64,000 nucleotides of DNA. It comes from Octopus vulgaris. Its lineage: Eukaryota. Below, piece by piece: positions 54,874-64,000 of this stretch; the first letter of the stretch is position 1; every line of letters begins with the position of its first letter. The translations under genes and the position numbers were made by a program. The notes under the pieces were generated by a model. That model had not been told where the DNA came from. It worked only from the letters and a program-made list of their open reading frames with translations, and did no database searches. Where the stretch lies: NCBI GenBank assembly GCA_951406725.2, contig OX597824.1, positions 62,868,001-62,932,000 of the forward strand, read 5' to 3'.

Positions 54874-55268
54874 CATTTTTAGATTTGGTTTACAAGATTC
54901 TTTATATGAGTTCGTGTAGCATCTTCTGTTGTGGTTGTGTCTGGGGAGAGTCAGTTTCTTTTTGTGCCTTATAATGTAACACACTCGCCGGTAAAATTTC
55001 CACTTATTTCTTATTTTTATTTTCCTAAAATTTTCGTTTCAAAGATTATGACACCATTCACCATCTGAAACAAGGAGGCCATCCAGAGAGTTGCAGGGAG
55101 GCCGTCGTTGTAGCGATTTTATTGCATAAATTTCCTCTAGTATTTCATGATATATTTATGCAGTTTAAATATATCTGTTACAATGAGATGTCAGAGTTAT
55201 TTTCATTTTTGCGCAATTTAGACGAGAGTTTATTCACCGTACCCTGTAAATATATATATATATGTATG

Positions 55269-55324
<56 letters not shown>

Positions 55325-56059
55325 GAGTATGGTGAATGAACTCTCGTCTAAATGACATATTTATATATATACACTCACATACGCATATATGTTCATGTAT
55401 GTCATGTGTGTGTGTGTGTGTGTGTGTTTGCGGCTATATTCACTGGTATAGTAATTTCTTTCAGTAGATGGAGTTTAATAAAAAAAAAATGTATTGTATT
55501 GAAAGATGTAATATATTTGATACGATCATTTTGCACCCTTGAGAGTTGCATGGAAAAATATAATGCATTTCAATTACTAGAACATGTTAATAAATATTTC
55601 TTGAAGCTATATTTTCTTGATAATAATGGTAGTCTTCTTTACTTTACGGTGTTATATCTCAAAGTTGTTTGTTTAAAAACTGTTGAATTATGCTAGCGAC
55701 AAATAGTGAATTGGAATAAATATAAAACAGAGATATGAAATAACTTTATAACAGTTTCCTCTATAAAGCAAAGAAAAAGAAAAGAAAGTATATCAATAAA
55801 AATATGATAACAGGAATTCAATATTGAAAATCAGTTTTCATAATAGCAGTCTTACAAACAATATTTGAAAGATAACTTTCATAATTAAGTAATTCTACAT
55901 TGATAAAATTCTATGTACTATGCAAGCTCAACGCTACAACTAGTTCTATTTCCCACAATTGTGAAAGGCGTGCTAATTTGTTTTCAAAATAGTAATTAAT
56001 TACAAGATACATTCTTTAAGAAAATTTAAATTTTATTAATTATATATGACTGCCACAAT

Positions 56060-58400
56060 TTATAGACACAGGATGACCACCATTGCTACCAAGCCGACCA
56101 GTATTATACATCTACTGATAAATATCAGATGGCTTCTAGAGAACAACAGCAGACACAAAATTGCGTACCTCAGGAACCTTTCCACATGTACATTGCACTT
56201 ACAAAAACATCCGCAGACATAAACGATGCAGAGATATACGTCCCAATATGTGCTGTATTTCACACTCAGAGAAGTGAAACAAGTCACGTTGGAATTGCTC
56301 TGTACATCTGTGAAGTTGCCAAACGACTAAACCTGTTGTCTTATTCAGACTTGGTCTCTGACACACTCACAATATGTTTAAAACAACTTAATTTGGTAAT
56401 ATGCACATTATATCGTTCACACGATGCTTCAAATCTTGAAGGTAAATTTGAGGAAAGCCTTTCAACTTTAAAAGAAATACTAACAAAACTATATGAATGC
56501 GCTAATGTACTTCTAATGGATGACTTGAAGCCCCACCATCAGATGGCCAGAAGGCAAATTAATCTTAAGAATGACACTGAAAGAGTGCAATGAAACAGAT
56601 GCTCTGTTTGATCCCAATCAGGAAGCCATTTTCACCACTCAGAAAAATAGCATCTTAGACCAACAATTTGGGTTATATCAACAATGTCAAGATATCACAG
56701 AAAATTTACGCAGAACATAAGATGATTGAACTGACGATGTATAGTCCAAAGATAATGAAATATATATTCCACATAGATGGTCTGCAAAGACTATCCTGTC
56801 TGAAATTTTGCAAGGCTGATGGAAAGGCAATTGAAAAACAGATACTCCATAAGAAATGGGTAAAACGTTTCTCTACACATGACATTGATATGAAACTCAA
56901 AGAATTCGTCACTAGAATGCGAGATATAGGCGTTAAATCGTCCTCAGAAAACAGAGCGACTACATACAAGACATCGTTCCGCGAGACAGGAGAGTCTATA
57001 TGAAACGGAGAATAGAAATCTTCAATCGCTTAAATAAGCAACTTATTGGCGGCTACAAATCCCACCTCAAAGAGTTGCTCTTGGAGATCGAAACTAAACT
57101 AATACCCTCCCATGAAAAAGAAACAGAAGAACGAGAAGGAAGGGCGGTGGAACGTATAACAATGAATCTTAAAACCTTCTGTAGGTTAGTTCAAGAATTT
57201 GTCTCAGGGTCCTACAAGATAGGGCTACTGTTTGAAGAAGAAGGCTCATTGACTGAAGTCCCTAGGAGGATAAGAGAAATACTAAATAAACAATTCCAAA
57301 GATTTTACTGTTCTCTGCTGGGAAATATACAATTAAGCAAACCTGCTAAGTTCTTCAACGCCAAAAATATACATAGGAAAGAAGCAGCCATCGATTACAG
57401 GAACATAAAGGGCGAAAACGTAATATTAGCCACTGATGTGATAAAGCGAATATCGGCAACAGGCCCGGATGGATGTCCGGTTCTTTTGTTAAAGAAGTGT
57501 AAGAAATGTCTCGCTAAACAACTGGAAAAAAAAATTTCAGTTTCATTGCATATGGTAAACGTGCTAAAATGTTAAAAGAAATTACAATATGCCCTGTCCA
57601 CTAAGGAGGAAGCAGATCAGACGCTAAAAATTTAAGGTCTATTACTCTGATCTAAAATGTTAGCAAGGTCATGGAACTTATTGTCAAAAGAAGGTTGATC
57701 ACATTCCTGGAAGAAGGGCTTCCGCTTAGGGAGGAGTAGCTTAACACATCTACTACAGTATCATGACTAGGTCTCATGTGCATATTACCGAAATGGCAAT
57801 ACATTGCGCACGAGTGGCTGACCGGATTCTGAGATCTTTCAGAAACAGTTTAAAGGAGACCATGCTACTCCTATGAACTTTCATTTCAGTTGTCTGGATT
57901 ATTGCTCCTAACTGTGGTCACCAAAGAGCCTCGAACGGTCAGCGAAACACGAGGCAATACAGCACCCGTCCACGAAGTTTTATTCGATGCTGCGGAAGAT
58001 CTACAGGGAGAGGCTAATGGAACTGAATCTCTAATCCCTTGGAAAGAGACTCGAAAGAAATGCAGTGATATAAACATAGAAGTTCCCGGAAGGTCTTGCT
58101 TCCAATAATGGGATCGGAAGTTATATTAACCACCGAAATGGAGGGCACTGCATAGTACCAATGGTAACACGTTTTCTACGTGTAGAGTAAGAACCCAGTA
58201 CTGTATTGGTTAGGTTACAAGCGTCCACAAGTGCTCAGCATTCTGCCAAACTACTTCAGGTATTTGTGAGGTGTAATTATGGTGGTTTTCAAAAAAGTCC
58301 GAACGCACTCTTTAACTGAAATTCGAGATGAATCCATATCGCACCAGTAGGCACAGAGAAGAGCAGGTGTAGCCAACTCGTTACTTCTCCTGAAAGAACA
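56060..58400 (+). mobile_element. CR1/L2-group LINE ORF2 remnant (APE endonuclease, partial RT, C-terminus)
   Basis: VGIALYI, LVICTLYRS, LLMDDL; SATGPDGCPVLLLKKC; ICPVH*GGSRSDAKN; LTHLLQYHD; RPQVLSILPNYFR; internal deletions. Confidence 0.85.
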
Positions 58401-58508
58401 CAGAAAGAAAACCCAATCACACTGAAAGACGGTGGCCTCAGACTCCAGAAATAGACCATAGACCGGATAAAATCGGCATAATATAAAAATTATTTATATA
58501 TATATATA

Positions 58509-58574
58509 CTAGCTGAAGGTGACCCGCTCTACGCGCGGGTAAGAGTGTGGGTGTTACTTTCTGTTGCTTCCTTT
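58509..58574 (-). mobile_element. Helitron 3' terminus
   Basis: minus strand: hairpin ACCCGC/GCGGGT (58522-58540), then CTAG followed by T. Confidence 0.7.
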
Positions 58575-58886
58575 CAGCACGTAAAAAGCACCATCCGAAC
58601 GTGACCGATTGCAGCACCGCCTTGACTTACTTCTGTGCCGGTGGCACGTAAAAATCACCAACCGATCGTTGCCACTGCGAGCCCTCCTGGCACCAGTGCC
58701 GGCGGCACGAAAAAAGCACTCACTACACTCACAGAGTGGTTGGCGTTAGGAAGGTCATCCACCTGTAGAAACACTGCCAGATCAGACTGGAGCCTAGTGC
58801 AGCCTCCTGGCTTCCGAGACCCCGGTCACACTGCCCAACCCGTGCTAGCACGGAAAACGGACGTTAAACGATGATGATGATGATGA
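58575..58886 (+). mobile_element. RTE-associated non-autonomous retroposon
   Basis: three GCACG(T/A)AAAAA.CAC repeats, GTGGTTGGCGTTAGGAAGG, 3' GGAAAACGGACGTTAAAC(GAT)n tail. Confidence 0.65.
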
Positions 58887-59885
58887 TTCTCCGTATTTGT
58901 TTCTCTCTCCTTTCTCTCTCACTTTCCCACTCTCTTACTTTTCTTTTCTCTCGGACTCTCACTCGCTTTCTCTTACTCCCTATCTTTATCTATCTCTCTC
59001 CCATTTATAAACAACAGAAGATCTTGAGTAAGTTGAGAAATAAAATATTTAGAAAGATCAATCAGAAATATGAGGCAGTGGCAATGGAAAGGTCTGCTTC
59101 AAGGCAGACAGCAAAACGCTAACATTTAAAAGGGACAGCCGAACTTGCGAGCTGAATAAAAATAATAAAATATTGGAAACCAAAGTTTGAAGGGATAGAA
59201 TCTGAGGATAGTAGAGTCACCATGGCTGGCATTTGTTAACGACGGACAGCAACGTAGTGACAGTTTAACGGCTGGCGTAAAATTTTGAACTTGATGTAAA
59301 AGAAAATTCGTAAACACCAAGTTTTGAAGTGATTCTTTCTCACGACAGTAGACTCACCATGGCAAGCATTCAAAACTTCTTTATCATGGACGGCAACACA
59401 TTGACGATTAAAAGGCTGGCGCAAATTTTTTAGCTTGATGTAACAGAGAATTCCTAAACACCCACTCCTAGAAATTTTAATCCCCTTCCAGCCCCATTTA
59501 GACCCCTTTTCACATTTTGGTTAATATAACCCGATTTCATTCGGGTCTACTGGGGCCACATTTTATAAGATGAGGAATTTTGTCCTAGAGGTGACGCCTT
59601 TCATTTGAGGAACAAAATAGTTGTCATGGAAACTTGTCAGCACCTTTAACATAGGTGTGCATATTTTCAGCTGAATCGACCGACTACGTAATGCACACAT
59701 TATATATATATATGTGTATATATATATATGTGTGTGTGTGTGCACGCATTATATATACAAATGTATACAAATGAGATATATATCTGTATAAATTAAATTC
59801 GAGATAAAACCACTAATAGGCAAATCAAACAGTGAAAAACCAAAAACAAAAACATAAAAAAAGAAAATATAACATAGAAAATATA

Positions 59886-60401
59886 TCTATATATATAAAA
59901 CTGTAGTTGTGTGAGTGTCTGTCCCCTTCGATTTAGATTCCTAACTACTCCCACATTTTGCAGTGCAGTTTAACCAAATTCGGGTATCTTATAGTCGTGA
60001 TTCATATCGAGCCCGTCTGGCTATTAGCGCGCGTCTACGATGAGTCTACGATTTTAAAAATAATTTAACATAATTTTTTATTCCATTTTAATGCATAATT
60101 TTTCGCGTGTCGATGGTGGCGGAGTTGGCGTCCACGCTCACATCTGCACCTGTTTGCTTCTCCCTCGTGAAGCTGTGGGGAAGGGAGTGTAAGGAAATCA
60201 ACGTCGTAAAGCGTTGTCAAGGAGACCAGCGTTCTTTTAGAACAACGACTTCATGGCTTGAAGACACTGAGTCAACGATTTAAAAAAAATTACCATCACT
60301 TTTTATTCCATTTTTAATGCATTTTTTTGCTATAACTCTCTAAAAATGCATATATAGTTATTTCCCTTACAAACCCGAGCAACGCCGGGCGATGCTGCTA
60401 G
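59886..60401 (+). mobile_element. non-autonomous Helitron, copy 1
   Basis: A|TCTATATATATAAAA start; hairpin CCCGAGCAACGCCGGG; CTAG end at 60398-60401. Confidence 0.88.
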
Positions 60402-60798
60402 TCTTTATATATAAAAGTAAGGTTGTGTGTCTGTCTCCTACGATTTAGATTCCTAACCACTCCCGCATTTTGCGCTGCAGTGTAACCAAAACCGGGTATC
60501 TTATAGTTGTGATTCATATCGAGCCCTTGTGGGTATTAGCGCGCGTCTACGATGAGTCTACGATTAAAAAAAAATTTACCACCATTTTTTATTCCATTTT
60601 AATGCATTTTATGCTATTATATAAGGGAAGTAACTCTCTAAAAATGTCTACGATGAGTCAACGATTAAAAAAAAAATTACCATCATTTTTATTCCATTTT
60701 AAATGCATTTTTTGCTATTCTTTTTGCTATAACTCACTAAAAATGCTTATATAGTTTTTTCCCTTACAAACCCGAGCAACGCCGGGCGATACTGCTAG
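60402..60798 (+). mobile_element. non-autonomous Helitron, copy 2, directly head-to-tail
   Basis: TCTTTATATATAAAA begins immediately after copy 1 CTAG; same hairpin; CTAG|T at 60795-60799. Confidence 0.88.
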
Positions 60799-60948
60799 TA
60801 AAATATAAAATTGAAAACTTTAAATTATTTAAATTGAAAATAAAAATTATTAAATTATATTTATAATGTGTTTAAAAATATATATAACTATGAAAAAGTA
60901 TGAAAAAGTTTAATATACATAAATACAGATATATACACTTTGTATATA

Positions 60949-61230
60949 TACATTATATATACATATTTATATATAGAACACACACACACACACATACATT
61001 ATATATACATATTTATATATAGAACACACACACACATACATTATATATACATATTTATATATAGAACACACACACACACACATACATTATATATACATAT
61101 TTATATATAGAACACATACACACACACACACACATACATTATATATACATATTTATATATAGAACACACACACACACACATACATTATATATACATATTT
61201 ATATATAGAACACACACACACACACACACG
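60949..61230. repeat. six-unit minisatellite with embedded variable (CA)n
   Basis: TACATTATATATACATATTTATATATAGAA(CA)n repeated six times. Confidence 0.95.
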
Positions 61231-61519
61231 CAAGAATATCTGATTCATAATATTTGTTCTCATGCTCGTGTGTTGTTTGTTGGTGACAGACATATACTTA
61301 AAAGAACGTCGCCGAAGTGATAGGAAGGTAGGAAGCAGAGTCAGTGAAAAAGAAAGGAAATAGCGATAGTGACAGATACTTTGAACAACTGTAGTGGACT
61401 TCTGAAAGTTATGAAGAGGAGTAAGAGAGGGAAAGGAGGAAATAGGGTGAGTGAGGAAGATGGCCCCTAGCAACCACACCTTTTAAGATAGGGATTTCTA
61501 ATGTAGCCCACGCGCATCG

Positions 61520-61628
61520 TCACCTCATTCTACATGTCCCTGTAAATTTTGGAGCGAATCGGACGGGATGTAGTGGCATTGAAAGCGATCCAAGCGGTAA
61601 AAACGCAATTCAGTTTTATATATAGAGA
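61520..61628 (-). mobile_element. probable Helitron 5' terminus
   Basis: minus strand A|TCTCTATATATAAAACTG resembles the start of the Helitron at 59886. Confidence 0.55.
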
Positions 61629-61663
61629 TATACACAATTTATACATACATATATATATATGTG

Positions 61664-61694
<31 letters not shown>

Positions 61695-61754
61695 ATGTGT
61701 GTGTACGTGTGTGTGGGTATGTGTATGTGTGTGTGTGGGTATATATGCATGCAT

Positions 61755-62128
61755 AAATTATAATAAGGGTATTGAATGATTACAACACGTGTTTGCAAGA
61801 AATAGACCCAAGACGGTCTATGAACCACTTAGATTATCACTCCACTGCACAAGGCTGTAAGCGCGGAAAATAAACAGCGAGGATTCATAAGATAAGTTGG
61901 ATAGTCCTAAATCTATAGATTTCACGGTATGAATTATTAAAACTCCTTTTTCAATAACTCTTACTGTGACATCTATAGATTTGGGACTATCCAAATTATC
62001 TTATAAATCCTCGCTGTCAATTTTCCGCGCTTGTGTTGTGGAGTAATAATCTAAGTGATTCATAGACCATTTGGGGTCTACCTCTAGTAGACTGGTGTTG
62101 TATTCATTCAACACCCTTATTATAATTT
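61755..62128. repeat. ~370-bp fold-back element (arms ~185 bp, very small loop)
   Basis: AAATTATAATAAGGG...ATCTATAGAT on the left is mirrored by ATCTATAGAT...CCCTTATTATAATTT on the right; centre near 61945. Confidence 0.93.
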
Positions 62129-64000
62129 TTGTATAAATTAACCATTGTGGTATTTTTAGTATGCTGGCCACTAATAAATCATTAAATAATGATTTTAGCA
62201 CGTTTACACATCTCACCATTCTGTGATATTATGATTGGCACAGATATAAATGCTATTTTTAGCAAGTCATGAAACAGCGTAAATTTTTTTAAATATTCTA
62301 AGATTGGATTTTAAAGTTGCTATAAGATTGCTTCAAGTTTAACAAAAATATATGCATTTTTCTTTCTATTATTAATTTTTTACGTCTATGTCGATTACTA
62401 TCAGATGTGATGAGAGAAAGAAGGTTGTGTCTTTTGCATTCACCTGTTGTATATTCCCGCAAAATACATTATGTCGCTTGTTGAATGTTATCGTTTTTTA
62501 AGTATAACTGTGAAACAGAAGTGTTTCAGGTAACAAATATTGTTTTCCAAAGGTTATCTATAATTGCAAATTTAGCACAGTGTTGTTTCTGCAACACCAT
62601 CAGTTTGTAAGCCTTTTGAACGATCTGCCATGACGAAAATGGCTGAGGTTTGCCAATTACAAAGTTTTGAAGTGTTTTCACGACCACTTAATGTTTTATG
62701 TAACTGATGTTGTTTTGGATAGACTATATAACACTACTGAAGGAGTCCAAATGCAAACATTCCGAGTGAGTAAAAGGTTCGAAACCTTTCATTTATCAAG
62801 GACATCTACTGCTTATAGCGATTGATAATATCTCCTTGTTGTTTGTAATCAATTAAGTAATCTTGACTATCTGAGATTTCTGTTCATACATATACACACA
62901 CATGGAATTTTGAGTAATGTGGTATTATGATGCCACGCAATTCTATAATGAGTTTACTCATGGCAATTTGCTCACATTTTACTGATTTAATAATTAAAGC
63001 TACTGCTTCTTTGACTCAACGGTACAGCTTTCTAAATGCAATTACATAAGAATAACACATATAGAGGTAAGGTTGTTCCTAAAGCCTCATAGGAAACCAG
63101 AGGTCTTATTAGAATAATTTCATGTCAATAACAATAACGGCGTTACAGTGTTGGTTCGAGCGCAGATTCAGAAGTATGCAAAATTATTATAGATCTTTGT
63201 ATCTGCCATGAGATATAAAACATATTTCTTATATTTTTCGATTACAAAATATAAACTATGTACTTGGTACATAATTCAATCTACATTAATGTGAATTATG
63301 GTTAAGAAATAACTACTTCGATTGCTACAACTATCAAAACTGTCAACGCTAGATTTTATGTATATTCAACTAATAAAACTATATAAATATCAAACAAAGT
63401 GCAGTTGAGTTAAAGGCTGGTTGAATCAGTTTATGTTTACTAACGGACATTTGCCAAAGAGGGGATATTTTAATGCATCAATACTTCATATATTTTTATT
63501 TCTCAAGCAGAGTGGAATAAACTGCAGGGAAATGAGGAAGTCACTGTGTGATCATTCGGCCTACTTGCAACTGGAGCCAAGTCCCCATCAGGCTATTATC
63601 TTGCAGTTGTTGCCCACTAAAATGCAGAACACGAGTTTTGAGGTAGATTGTCAGATGAAACATGAAATTATCAATGCTAGAATGTATTCGATCAGAATGC
63701 TCAATAAGTGGCCGTCTGGGATTAGACATCTAAAATTGTAACACCAACAGCAACGACAACAACAACATAATTTAATCATAAAATCTGTTTTACTTCGTAT
63801 TTGCAGTACTATTCTTCTATTACGAATATAAAGCGCTAATGCCCTAACATCCGGAGACATTATACGAAGATATTTTCACTAAATGTCTTTATTTTCTTCA
63901 AGAACCTATTTTAGTTTCGAAGAAGCTACTTCAAATTTTCAATAACAGGTTTTGTGCTCCTTATCGTCTACCATCGGTAATATAATTCTCGGAATTTAAT

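Noticed and set aside
60949-61230. CRISPR-like repeat-spacer array
   Set aside because: The spacers are only (CA)n, the context is eukaryotic and there are no cas genes.
63421-63741. 106-aa ORF as a host exon
   Set aside because: No recognisable family; YSIRMLNKWPSGIR looks more like a decayed LINE C-terminus. RNA-seq would be needed to decide.

Overview
AT-rich eukaryotic non-coding DNA packed with microsatellites and decayed transposons. The SINE families and repeat density suggest an octopod cephalopod genome (inference from recognition, not a database match). I could not support any host protein-coding exon, rRNA, true tRNA or CRISPR array; most ORFs in the supplied track are translated simple repeats. 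Recognisable content: tRNA-derived CORE-type and Meta-type SINEs; R4/Dong-type (RLE) LINE fragments in trinucleotide microsatellites; RTE, Tx1/L1 and CR1/L2-group LINE remnants; Penelope-like (PLE) remnants; mariner remnants; a MITE; and tandem or nested non-autonomous Helitrons. The most interesting signal is a set of type I hammerhead-ribozyme motifs with long stem II inserts (53-90 nt) and palindromic stem III, inside non-coding PLE-terminal-repeat-like units. Two copies (3414-3498, 41571-41652) have an intact core and a compensatory base-pair change between them. Several fold-back palindromes of apparently similar origin would form long dsRNA if transcribed.
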